From IMG/VR virus record IMGVR_UViG_3300048893_000029, positions 1-34,639 of that record: DNA of 34,639 nt; one strand, 5' to 3'. Origin of the DNA: a virus. Lineage: Duplodnaviria; Caudoviricetes. Position numbers and translations under genes: made by a program. A model generated the notes under the pieces. The model did not search any database, was not told where the DNA came from, and saw only the letters and a list, made by a program, of their open reading frames with translations. Below, in pieces: positions 1-8,388 of this stretch; positions within the stretch are counted from its first letter, which is position 1, and each line of letters begins with the position of its first letter.

Positions 1-127
1 CAAATAAACGAATGAAGCAACTTTTGAACTTATTGTTCCGTTTGGACATGAATGTGATAATTACAAGCCATTCCAAGAATGAATACGGTCAAAATTTAGC
101 CGTTTTGGGGCAAACATTTGATTGTTA
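1..127. repeat. Terminal direct repeat, identical to 34513-34639 (circular assembly overlap)
   Basis: The first 127 nt recur exactly at the end, and the ORF starting at 34158 reads in frame through the join. Confidence 0.95.
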
Positions 128-491
128 CAAGAAACTCGATTACCTTTTCGATCTCGTATTTGAGATTCAAAAGCGTGGAGCGCACCGCGTGGGTATTGTG
201 AAGAAGTCACGCTTTGAGACATTCCAAGACTGTGACACATTCCCCTTCTCTTACGAAGAGATTGCAAGCCGTTATGGACGTGCGGTGATTGAACGTGAAG
301 CCGTTGCGCAAGAATTGGCAACTAATGAGCAAGTCAAAGAGATTACGCGCTTGATTGACTTACTCAAGGTTCCAGAAGAAACCTTTCAAAAATGGTTGGA
401 TAAAGCCAGTTCTGAGAGTTGGGAAGATATGCAAAAGGACTCGATACAAAAGTGTATTGACCATCTTAAATCTAAAATACAGGGAGAATAA
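1..491 (+). CDS. sak4: 3' part of Sak4-like AAA ATPase/single-strand annealing recombinase (starts at 34158; about 281 aa in total)
   Basis: In frame with 34158.. across the circular join; VIITSH motif; followed by an SSB gene as in Sak4 modules. Confidence 0.75.
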   Translation, partial: NKRMKQLLNLLFRLDMNVIITSHSKNEYGQNLAVLGQTFDCYKKLDYLFDLVFEIQKRGAHRVGIVKKSRFETFQDCDTFPFSYEEIASRYGRAVIEREAVAQELATNEQVKEITRLIDLLKVPEETFQKWLDKASSESWEDMQKDSIQKCIDHLKSKIQGE

Positions 492-494
492 TGT

Positions 495-995
495 ATGTTT
501 CAATATGATGTACTGAGCGAGCAGGAAGCTATGGAAGAACGTTTTCAGTTATTGAAGGAAGGTATCTATGATGCGGTTATTACTGCATCTCAAGATACGG
601 TTTCTGCAAATTCTGGAAACCCCATGATGGACATGACCGTTACTGTTTATGATGAAAATGGTAAGACTCACGACATCCGCGACTTTTTAGTGTTTACAAA
701 ACAGATGATGTGGAAGGTTGTACATTTTGCCGAGTCCGCAGGATGTCTTGCCGGGTACGAAGACGGGAAACTTTGCTCGGAAATGGCTATTAATAAATCG
801 GTTAAAGTAAAAATAGTTATCGAACAGGGTAGCGAAATTCCTCAAGATAAGTTAAAAGGCAAACCATTGGGAACAAGATACTTTGATAAAAACAAGGTTG
901 AAGATTACATCAAGAAAGGTGATCAAGGTGTACAAGGTGTACCAAAAGGCAATGAGCCACCACCATTTACTGATGACGATGTTCCGTTTTTATGA
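495..995 (+). CDS. ssb: Phage single-stranded DNA-binding protein (DUF669-like)
   Basis: LLKEGIYDAVI..S.NSGNPMM pattern, acidic tail DDDVPFL, position after Sak4. Confidence 0.75.
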   Translation: MFQYDVLSEQEAMEERFQLLKEGIYDAVITASQDTVSANSGNPMMDMTVTVYDENGKTHDIRDFLVFTKQMMWKVVHFAESAGCLAGYEDGKLCSEMAINKSVKVKIVIEQGSEIPQDKLKGKPLGTRYFDKNKVEDYIKKGDQGVQGVPKGNEPPPFTDDDVPFL

Positions 996-1132
996 CCGAA
1001 AGAGAATTAATTATGAGGCTTCTTAAAGCCGTTGGAGTGTTGTGTTGCGTGTTGGTTTTAAACCAACACGTCACTTTAGATTGGTGGGAAGGTGCGCTGC
1101 TTGGATTTGGAATAATGCTAATTTTGGATTAA
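992..1132 (+). CDS. Small two-TM membrane protein (46 aa, MTERELIMRLLKAVGVLCC...)
   Basis: Translated by hand; ATGA overlap with the ssb stop; two hydrophobic segments. Confidence 0.55.
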   Translation: MTERELIMRLLKAVGVLCCVLVLNQHVTLDWWEGALLGFGIMLILD

Positions 1133-1360
1133 GGAATAATCAATGTATTGCAATCAATGTGCATCATATAGTTGTATTCATTTATTACAAGGAATTGGAG
1201 GAATGGCCGCAGTTAAGCAACAAAAAGGGGCTTTTATGAGTGAATTAATGATGCAGCATTATAGAGGTGCAATTCCCATGTCTGATGTTGGTAAAGAGAT
1301 TGTTACTACTAATTCAAAACCACAAAATAAAAAGAAATTACTATTAATAAGGAAATAAAA

Positions 1361-1648
1361 ATGGCTCTATTAAAATACAAAGATGTTTTGATTCTGTGTA
1401 AAGACAAAATCAAAGAAGCAATGGCTCCGTTACGCGCCCGTGAAATGAAGAAGAAGGCCGAGCTTGAAGTATGCAAGATTGAATCTCAAATTGCTGAGAG
1501 TGAACAAAAGATTCAAGAGTTAGCCAGCGAATACCCTATAGACTTTCACAAGATGATTGATGCTATAGACGATTTGGATTTAGTTAAACGCCGTAAAGAA
1601 CAATTCGAATCAATCATAGAAGAAATGTTTGGTGAAGATAGTGAGTGA
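1361..1648 (+). CDS. Hypothetical coiled-coil protein
   Basis: AAGGA SD, heptad-rich 95 aa ORF. Confidence 0.7.
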   Translation: MALLKYKDVLILCKDKIKEAMAPLRAREMKKKAELEVCKIESQIAESEQKIQELASEYPIDFHKMIDAIDDLDLVKRRKEQFESIIEEMFGEDSE

Positions 1649-1886
1649 TGAATTTAATCCTCAATGCCCCAATTGTCAGGTGACGATTGGGCGCATACAA
1701 AAATGGATTGATCATATAGGATGTAGCCCACGTAAATTCAAACGTTATGACAGGCTTTTGGAGTTTGTTAAGATGATAGCTAAAGAAGAACTTGCTTATG
1801 GTAGTGATCTACAAAACAAAGAAACATTACACTGGATTTCTACCGCTTCAAAGAATCTTATAAAGGATATAGGCGAGAATGAATGA
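1641..1886 (+). CDS. Hypothetical protein with CxxC motif
   Basis: Probable GTG start overlapping the upstream stop; CPNC motif. Confidence 0.55.
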   Translation: MSDEFNPQCPNCQVTIGRIQKWIDHIGCSPRKFKRYDRLLEFVKMIAKEELAYGSDLQNKETLHWISTASKNLIKDIGENE

Positions 1887-2037
1887 CTTTACGAAAGAAC
1901 AAAATATTTGTCCTACTTGCGAAAAACCATTAGAAAGCGAATTTATTGATATCAATAATAAAATAGAAAAATGTTGGTGTTGTTATGAATGCAATTTGAT
2001 TTGTTCTCCGTTTTCGATATTTAAGGTGCTGGAATGA
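1879..2037 (+). CDS. Small Zn-ribbon protein (52 aa, MNDFTKEQNICPTC...CYEC)
   Basis: Translated by hand; overlaps both neighbours; two CxxC pairs. Confidence 0.6.
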   Translation: MNDFTKEQNICPTCEKPLESEFIDINNKIEKCWCCYECNLICSPFSIFKVLE

Positions 2038-2267
2038 GTGACTTCACTAAAGAAGAGCTTTGCGTTATTCATCTTGCAATAATTAGAGATATGAATCAGT
2101 TTGCGCTTATATTAAAATCTTCTCCATCCATGCTCAAAATACGCGACAAATTAGAATCAATGATTGATAACTTCTGCGATCATGAATCTAGTGAACCAAT
2201 ACTTGTTCTAAATAAAAAATGCATAAAATGTAATTGCCATTTAGAAACTAGACCTTGGGGTTTATAA
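2034..2267 (+). CDS. Hypothetical protein with C-terminal Cys/His cluster
   Basis: ATGA coupling; CDH...CIKC. Confidence 0.6.
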   Translation: MSDFTKEELCVIHLAIIRDMNQFALILKSSPSMLKIRDKLESMIDNFCDHESSEPILVLNKKCIKCNCHLETRPWGL

Positions 2268-2422
2268 TGATAATTAGCGAAAAACAAATTATCCAGTTAA
2301 TGGAATATGTCCGATTAATAAGCCTTAATGATCAAGAAGATTCAGAAATTAGATGGAATGCTGCTACCTTAATATCACAAATTAATAAACAACAATCCGA
2401 AAAATTAAAGGTGATTGAATGA
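2267..2422 (+). CDS. Hypothetical protein (51 aa, MIISEKQIIQLMEY...)
   Basis: Translated by hand; fills the gap with TAATG and ATGA overlaps. Confidence 0.55.
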   Translation: MIISEKQIIQLMEYVRLISLNDQEDSEIRWNAATLISQINKQQSEKLKVIE

Positions 2423-3003
2423 TTGAGACTTACTTTACATCAGACACACACTTTGGGCATAAAAACATTCTTGAATATGAAAAAGAAGCGCGCCCATTTG
2501 ATACCGTTGAAGAAATGAACGAACAGCTTATTGCCAATTGGAACGATACAGTTAATCAGAAAGATATTGTATTCCATCTCGGTGACTTTGCTTTCGGTGC
2601 TATCAATGTTCCTATTGCAGATAGGCTAAATGGTAATAAACGTTTGGTTATGGGTAATCACGATTGTCATAGTTTCGATTTATATGTACGTCATTTTCAA
2701 AAGCTTTTTGGCGCACATCATTGGAAGAGATGTATATTGACCCATATTCCAGTTCATCCTGAAAATTTAGGTCAAAGGTTTTGGCTTAATGTTCATGGCC
2801 ATTTACATAGCAAACAAGTTATGAAAGCCATTCCAGAATTACATGATTTAGCTACAGAGCTTGGACAAATAATTGTAAGACCTGCATTTGATTCACTTTA
2901 TGAACCCGATGAAAATTATTTTAACGTAGCCGTTGAGCGTCATAACTTACGGCCAGTACATAGCAGTTTAATCATGGATAGATTAAAGGAGATAGACCAA
3001 TGA
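2419..3003 (+). CDS. Calcineurin-like metallophosphoesterase
   Basis: Motifs SDTHFGH, GDFA, GNHD, THIP, HGHLH. Confidence 0.9.
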   Translation: MIETYFTSDTHFGHKNILEYEKEARPFDTVEEMNEQLIANWNDTVNQKDIVFHLGDFAFGAINVPIADRLNGNKRLVMGNHDCHSFDLYVRHFQKLFGAHHWKRCILTHIPVHPENLGQRFWLNVHGHLHSKQVMKAIPELHDLATELGQIIVRPAFDSLYEPDENYFNVAVERHNLRPVHSSLIMDRLKEIDQ

Positions 3004-3374
3004 ACTTTTGCGATGCAATGGATTTGCTAAAAGCAGGAAAGAAACTAACACGTAATGACTGGCGCGATGGCCTATATTTTGTGATGGAAGCTGGCAAAGT
3101 AAGTTCCTATCAGCCTGTAGTAGAGCATTATTTATATACCGAAGACATTATGGTGTCTGATGGTTGGATGGTCGAAGGAGCCAAGGAATCACAACCTTTT
3201 TGTAATATAATTCCCGACTTACAAAAAGGTGCTAAGGCTTGGATGGCTGATTGGAAACCAGAGTTTTATATATATCTCGATCATAAAGACGGATTGATTA
3301 TACATAAAATGTCTTTGTTTTCATTTAATCCTTCCTTCGTGGATTTTCAAGCAAATGATTGGGTTGAAGTATGA
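3000..3374 (+). CDS. DUF2829/Tad2-like protein, apparently two tandem units
   Basis: MNF.DAM..LKAGKKLTR.DW N-terminus and D..A.DW.EV C-terminus typical of DUF2829. Confidence 0.65.
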   Translation: MNFCDAMDLLKAGKKLTRNDWRDGLYFVMEAGKVSSYQPVVEHYLYTEDIMVSDGWMVEGAKESQPFCNIIPDLQKGAKAWMADWKPEFYIYLDHKDGLIIHKMSLFSFNPSFVDFQANDWVEV

Positions 3375-3571
3375 ATGAACAAGCGATAAAAGAATCACTG
3401 CAACGCGGTGATAGAGCAGCGTTACTTCTGGGTGAGATTACCGGAAGCCTTAGTGTTTTAGTGACTAAAACAGAAGGAAATGTTTATTGTGATGCGATTA
3501 AACATGATGTAAAAAACTTATTTAGTTTAGTAATGAACCGGGTTAATTCAATTTACTACGAGAACAAATAA
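3371..3571 (+). CDS. Hypothetical protein
   Basis: Translationally coupled ORF in the early operon. Confidence 0.6.
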   Translation: MNEQAIKESLQRGDRAALLLGEITGSLSVLVTKTEGNVYCDAIKHDVKNLFSLVMNRVNSIYYENK

Positions 3572-3909
3572 TGAATGATGCAATTTTTAGAATGTACTGT
3601 GAACAAAAAAACTTATTAAAACGAGCTGAGAAATCAGAAATTAAAGGGGTTGATGACCGAGAGTTAATACGAGATTGGCAACAAGCAATAGAAATATTGG
3701 AATCTTCTAGTCCTGATTATAAATACAGATATGATCAACTTATTAAAAATCAGGAATCATTTACACCTGAACAAATTAATTTTATTTGTTACCAAATTGG
3801 TGATTGGTATATCGAATGGAAAGACCGAATTGTTGTTGACTTAAAAGAAGGAACACATCGTTTGGGCTATGCTAAAGAACAACTTAAATCAATTATTTGT
3901 GGTGAATAA
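3571..3909 (+). CDS. Hypothetical protein
   Basis: Coupled ORF, 112 aa. Confidence 0.65.
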   Translation: MNDAIFRMYCEQKNLLKRAEKSEIKGVDDRELIRDWQQAIEILESSSPDYKYRYDQLIKNQESFTPEQINFICYQIGDWYIEWKDRIVVDLKEGTHRLGYAKEQLKSIICGE

Positions 3910-4094
3910 TGAGCGATTACGAAGAATTTGATACTTGGCACACTCAAGAAGTGATTTGCCCTCATTGCGGTCATGAGCATAGCGATTCATGGGAATTCCA
4001 AGATTCATGTACCACTGAGTGTCATAGTTGCGACAAGCTATTTATCATGGAACGCAATATAGAAATCACTTACTCAACTAGCAAGCAGGCTTAA
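3909..4094 (+). CDS. Acidic Zn-ribbon protein
   Basis: CPHC...CHSC. Confidence 0.65.
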   Translation: MSDYEEFDTWHTQEVICPHCGHEHSDSWEFQDSCTTECHSCDKLFIMERNIEITYSTSKQA

Positions 4095-4289
4095 ATGATC
4101 CCATTTAAAGACAAAACTTTCTGCGCCTCACCTCAATGTAAAAATGAGTGTGGGCGCAAGATGAGCAAGAGAGAAGAAGAGCAACTCGAAAAAATGAATG
4201 AGACTATGTGGGTAGGAGTCATACAGGGTTATTTTTGTGGAGAACCAGCAGAGGATGAAGACAATGAGTATCACGGAAGAAGCGCATAA
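4095..4289 (+). CDS. Cys-rich hypothetical protein
   Basis: KDKTFC..P.C...CGR pattern seen in small phage proteins. Confidence 0.6.
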   Translation: MIPFKDKTFCASPQCKNECGRKMSKREEEQLEKMNETMWVGVIQGYFCGEPAEDEDNEYHGRSA

Positions 4290-4527
4290 CTTAGTAAATG
4301 GAGACAGGCGTACAGATTACGGCGATATGGCCGATTCATTTAAAAGAATATCAGGTCTTTGGTCTGCCTATCTTGGAAGTCATGTTGATTCTCTCGATGT
4401 GGCAAAAATGATGATTCTTTTAAAAGTATCACGAACCAAGCATAACAATCACCGAGACAGTTACATTGATATAGTCGGTTATGTAGAATGTGCCGATCAG
4501 TTACTTAAACATGGAGATTTACAATGA
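4264..4527 (+). CDS. DUF6378-like protein (phage nucleotide-metabolism associated)
   Basis: EA..LV.GDR..DYG...DSF.RI..LWSAYLG...DVA.MMILLKVSR...H.DS..DI.GY signature. Confidence 0.8.
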   Translation: MSITEEAHNLVNGDRRTDYGDMADSFKRISGLWSAYLGSHVDSLDVAKMMILLKVSRTKHNNHRDSYIDIVGYVECADQLLKHGDLQ

Positions 4528-5147
4528 AAGGAAAGATTAAAATAACACCAGCACATGAATCTGAATGCACTGTAATTGGTGCAATGATATTAGATTGCCA
4601 GTTATTTCCAATAGTCAAAGAACATTTGTGCAAGAATGACTTCTATTACAGTAAGCATAAAAGAATTTTCCATGTCATGGGTGAATTATGGAATAAACAT
4701 AATAAATTTGATGCGGCTATGATTGTCGATCAAATAGATTACCTAAAAGATGGCGTATTAGAAGAAGAAGTCTATGGCCTAGCCAATGATTGCCCATCAT
4801 TAAAAAATGTTCGCTCTCATGTAGATATCATTCGTGAAAAATCAGTTCAAAGACAATTAATTCAAGTAGCAACCGAAATAGCCGAAGAAGCATCAAACCC
4901 AAAAACCGCAAACATAAAAGAAATTTTAGACAGAGCAGAAGAAAGTGTTATGAATTTATCAGAAGCATACGGCGTAAACATTTGCCCTTATCAGCACAGA
5001 TTGGCTTGCTACCTTAGAGAATTTGCAGAAGAGATAGCGAACACCGATTTAACCGAAGATTATTTGCATGAATGCATCGTTGAAGTGAATAAGGCTTTTA
5101 TTTCAACTTTAGAACATGTGGAAGGATCGCGAAGGATCGCATTGTGA
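4524..5147 (+). CDS. DnaB helicase N-terminal-domain-only protein
   Basis: ESE..VIGAMILD, DFY..KH..IF..M..L, NV..H.DIIREKS..RQLI; no Walker A/B. Confidence 0.8.
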   Translation: MKGKIKITPAHESECTVIGAMILDCQLFPIVKEHLCKNDFYYSKHKRIFHVMGELWNKHNKFDAAMIVDQIDYLKDGVLEEEVYGLANDCPSLKNVRSHVDIIREKSVQRQLIQVATEIAEEASNPKTANIKEILDRAEESVMNLSEAYGVNICPYQHRLACYLREFAEEIANTDLTEDYLHECIVEVNKAFISTLEHVEGSRRIAL

Positions 5148-5272
5148 CTAAATTTTTTTTGATGCTTCTAATATTTATGATTTCAGGATGTGATGGTCAT
5201 AGACCCAATCGTTGCAACCATGAAGAAAGCCCCGTTGAAAAATTATTTTTTAGCAGGGCTTGCAATGAGTAA
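5144..5272 (+). CDS. Small lipoprotein (42 aa, MTKFFLMLLIFMISGC...)
   Basis: Translated by hand; GTGA overlap; signal peptide with lipobox ISG|C. Confidence 0.55.
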   Translation: MTKFFLMLLIFMISGCDGHRPNRCNHEESPVEKLFFSRACNE

Positions 5273-5465
5273 TGTACATTGCAGTTTTTGCGAAAAAGAA
5301 ATACCCGAAACATCAGAATATGAATTCGATTATGATATGTCTTTTTTATGTGAAAACTGTGACAGCAAATCTTTATGGTTTACAGGAGGCATTCTGCTTG
5401 GAAGTATTGCAACGGCTGTATTTTTTTATTTACTTCACATTGACTACATTAACTACACTTATTAG
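5265..5465 (+). CDS. Zn-finger protein with C-terminal TM helix
   Basis: CSFC...CENC then hydrophobic LWFTGGILLGSIATAVFFYLL. Confidence 0.55.
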   Translation: MSNVHCSFCEKEIPETSEYEFDYDMSFLCENCDSKSLWFTGGILLGSIATAVFFYLLHIDYINYTY

Positions 5466-5510
5466 CTACGGTCTGATTATTGGAATAATCAGACCTAAGG
5501 AGAAATCTGT

Positions 5511-5576
5511 ATGCTTTCAATACCAGCTTGTATAATTATTATGTTTCTTGTTGCAGGAATTGGCTGGACAAAATAA
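5511..5576 (+). CDS. 21-aa hydrophobic peptide (MLSIPACIIIMFLVAGIGWTK)
   Basis: Strong SD AAGGAG; single TM segment. Confidence 0.4.
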   Translation: MLSIPACIIIMFLVAGIGWTK

Positions 5577-5643
5577 GCCCAACAAGATGGTTAACTTTTA
5601 TACCGTTTTTTAGTACTTAATTCATACAATAAGGATATTTATA

Positions 5644-5820
5644 ATGAAGAATGAGTGCCAACATAAATTCAATCGTGAACACCCCAATTTTTTACAATGT
5701 GAACGATGTGACAAAACTGTACCTGTAATTTTAATGCAACGGATGAGTGCAGAGAAATTTTCGGAATTATTTCCCTCTCTTCAAGTTCCAGTTGGCCCTA
5801 TCATAATTAACGATGAATAG
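5644..5820 (+). CDS. Hypothetical protein (58 aa, C/H motif CQH...CERC)
   Basis: Translated by hand; AAGGA SD. Confidence 0.55.
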   Translation: MKNECQHKFNREHPNFLQCERCDKTVPVILMQRMSAEKFSELFPSLQVPVGPIIINDE

Positions 5821-5873
5821 GAAGGGTTACAAACTCCTAGTTTCTACTCCTGTACTTTTAAAATAATTTATGC

Positions 5874-5902
5874 TTGCACTCAAGATCATGATTTTGTACT
5901 AT
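5874..5902 (+). promoter_or_regulatory. Sigma70-like promoter TTGCAC-N17-TACTAT
   Basis: Consensus match with 17-nt spacer upstream of the acidic ORF/WGR pair. Confidence 0.55.
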
Positions 5903-5925
5903 GCTTACTTTTTGGGCGTACACAC

Positions 5926-6063
5926 TTGAGATTTTATGTGGATGGCTTAGAACTGGATGTTCAAGACCCAAAATTCTTTATGGACGAAGAGGAATATAAA
6001 CACACCAAAGAAACACTAGAAGAGATGTTGCAAACTTATGTTGATTTACCAATGGCTCAATAG
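5926..6063 (+). CDS. Small acidic protein (45 aa, TTG start, MRFYVDGLELDVQDPKFFMDEEEY...)
   Basis: Translated by hand; overlaps the WGR gene start; weak SD. Confidence 0.4.
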   Translation: MRFYVDGLELDVQDPKFFMDEEEYKHTKETLEEMLQTYVDLPMAQ

Positions 6064-6271
6064 AGCTAAAGACCGTTTTTATAAAATCGCTGTGCAAAAA
6101 GATGGAACTAACGTTGTACTTGATTACCATTGGGGTAGCTGTAATACAAATCGCGGTGGCAAGAAAAGTATTTTGTTATGCTCCGAAGAAGAAGCGCAAA
6201 AGACAATTGAACAAATGATGAAACGGCGCAAAAGTCGTGGGTACGAACTCATTGCGCCAATTCCTTTTTAG
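6038..6271 (+). CDS. WGR-domain protein
   Basis: RFYKI.VQKD...V...WG......G.K.......EEA.......K.R..RGY pattern. Confidence 0.8.
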   Translation: MLIYQWLNRAKDRFYKIAVQKDGTNVVLDYHWGSCNTNRGGKKSILLCSEEEAQKTIEQMMKRRKSRGYELIAPIPF

Positions 6272-6513
6272 ATATTTTCTGCTTGATGCAGATCGGCAAG
6301 AGATTTTTTATATTTTCTTTTTGGATGCTCTGCTTTTGGTTCTTCTTTTAAATCAATTCCTACTGGTTTCGGAGGTTTTTCTTTTGCCAAGATACCTTGT
6401 AACCAAAAGTTTGACTCTTCAAGATGACCTTCAAGCTTTGAATAATTGGCTTTTAGAACTTCCATATCAGCTTTTATGGTATTAATACGTTCCATTATTT
6501 GCTCTTTTGTCAC
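6268..6513 (-). CDS. Hypothetical coiled-coil protein (possible tail-fibre chaperone)
   Basis: Last late gene, AGGAG SD, directly after the fibre gene. Confidence 0.55.
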   Translation of the reverse strand: MTKEQIMERINTIKADMEVLKANYSKLEGHLEESNFWLQGILAKEKPPKPVGIDLKEEPKAEHPKRKYKKSLADLHQAENI

Positions 6514-6534
6514 ATCTTTCTCCTATTTTCAATT

Positions 6535-8376
6535 TTATGGGAATGAATCCACCGCGATTGAAGCATAAAAGCTAGCTGTTGTTCCAGAGGCAAATAACAC
6601 ATTTCCGTTCTGAGCCGTTAATCCAGCAGCACTTGCTGATTGTAAACTGTAATTGATATAACCAACATTCTGCTTAATTAAGGTTGCTATCATGGCACCT
6701 GTTGCGACACTTATAACCATAGAACCCGCTAAGTTATTCCCATCTAATAATGTAGATGAAGATGTAATATTAGCATTCGTGCCGTTAAAGCCTAATGTAA
6801 TACGTGCTTCTGTAGCTGTTGCTGTACCTGATGCAAAAGAGCCTCTTATTTCTAAGTTACCACCAACTCTTCTTGACCATACCGCAACACCCGTAACTGT
6901 ACCAAAACCTGTAAAGGTAGGAGTATAAGCAACCCAAGGAGTTACAATACCGATTGTTTTACCACCAATAGTAATACCTGATGGCAAATCAGTGGATAGA
7001 GAAGGCACGCCGCCCGCACTTGTTACTAGCACGCTACTATTTGCTGTTGCGAGTCCTGAAACCACATTAGCAGCACTGGAATAAAGTATCTGATTAATGG
7101 TTGTCGTAGCTGGATAAGTAGCAGTTGACCATGCAGGAGTTGTGCTCGCTCCTGATTGAAGCATTTGTCCAGAAGTTGCCGTTCCTGATAAAATGGCCAG
7201 TGTGGTTGCATTACTGTAAACAATACCACCATTGCTCGCGGTTAAACTTGCAGCCGTACCACCTCGTGTCAAACCTAATTGGCCAGTCCATCCTAAGGTC
7301 AAAGAGGCTGCATTCACTAACGCAGTTGTAGGGCTTCCACCAAGCGTTAGAGTGACGTTTGTATCGTCTGTTTTTGTTAAAGCTGCACCTGTCGGGATTT
7401 GGCTTGTAGTGGCCAATGTTCCGCTTGTTGGGAAAGTGACGTTTGTTGTATTTGTAAATGTGAACGTACTAGCAAAAGCACCACTTAAAGTATGACTTCC
7501 ACCCATTGTTAATGTAGAAGAACCATTGTTAACACCTGTACCACCATAAGTAGAGCCTATCACCGTACCTTGCCAAGTACCTGTTCCAATGGTTCCTAAA
7601 GTGGTAATAGAGCTTTGACCTACATAACTTGCTGAAATATCAATTACAGGAGTTGTGCCACCTGTTGAGGTGATGCGGTTTAATGTACCTGATACGCTAG
7701 TTACAGAAGTTGCCGAAGTTTCAATTGTTGCCCAAGTACTTCCATCCACTGTTGCTTCAAATACGCTGGTTTGGGTATTAAAGCGCATTGTTCCCGCAGC
7801 CCCAGCGCGTGAGGCCGTGTTTCCTTGAGGCAATGTTACTCCACCAGTTCCGGGCAATACTGCATTTGAGGCAAGACCCACAGATACCGCACCTACTGCC
7901 GCGGAAACTGTAGTTTGATTTGCAACGGACGATAGACTTGTAACCGCTCCGGCCGCTGTTAGCAAAGTTCCAGAAGTTGGAAAAGTAACACTCGTATTTC
8001 CAGTTAATGTTCCGGTAAAAGTAAATGCACCTGAAAAGGCTGTGTTTCCGCCTAATGTTAATGTGCTTGTGCCATTATTAACTCCAGTACCGCCTCGTGC
8101 TGGAGATAAAAGACCAGACCATCCGAGCGTTAAAGAAACACCTTGCAATAAAGAGGTATTTGGTGTGCCACCAAGTGTTAGAGTCACATTTGTGTCGTTA
8201 GTACGCGTCAATGCAGCGGGCGTAAAAGGCGCACCAAATTGGGCTGCGAAATCAGAAAACAACATGCCAGCATCATTACCGGGCGAATAAGGAGATCGCG
8301 CAAAATACATTAAATCCGCGCCCTGATTCGTAGTGATCGGGTTGTCTGTAAATATTTGTTGTAATGTACGTGACAT
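6535..8376 (-). CDS. Tail fibre protein, T/G/S-rich with internal repeats
   Basis: RGGTG repeats, LPQGNTASR...GTMRFNT motif, position in tail module. Confidence 0.8.
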   Translation of the reverse strand: MSRTLQQIFTDNPITTNQGADLMYFARSPYSPGNDAGMLFSDFAAQFGAPFTPAALTRTNDTNVTLTLGGTPNTSLLQGVSLTLGWSGLLSPARGGTGVNNGTSTLTLGGNTAFSGAFTFTGTLTGNTSVTFPTSGTLLTAAGAVTSLSSVANQTTVSAAVGAVSVGLASNAVLPGTGGVTLPQGNTASRAGAAGTMRFNTQTSVFEATVDGSTWATIETSATSVTSVSGTLNRITSTGGTTPVIDISASYVGQSSITTLGTIGTGTWQGTVIGSTYGGTGVNNGSSTLTMGGSHTLSGAFASTFTFTNTTNVTFPTSGTLATTSQIPTGAALTKTDDTNVTLTLGGSPTTALVNAASLTLGWTGQLGLTRGGTAASLTASNGGIVYSNATTLAILSGTATSGQMLQSGASTTPAWSTATYPATTTINQILYSSAANVVSGLATANSSVLVTSAGGVPSLSTDLPSGITIGGKTIGIVTPWVAYTPTFTGFGTVTGVAVWSRRVGGNLEIRGSFASGTATATEARITLGFNGTNANITSSSTLLDGNNLAGSMVISVATGAMIATLIKQNVGYINYSLQSASAAGLTAQNGNVLFASGTTASFYASIAVDSFP

Positions 8377-8388
8377 AAATATCCTTAT

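Noticed and set aside
1042-1358. ORF-track calls 1042-1239 and 1143-1358
   Set aside because: 1042-1239 overlaps the better coupled 992-1132 ORF; 1143-1358 has an SD and may be real, but its start is ambiguous and no product could be supported
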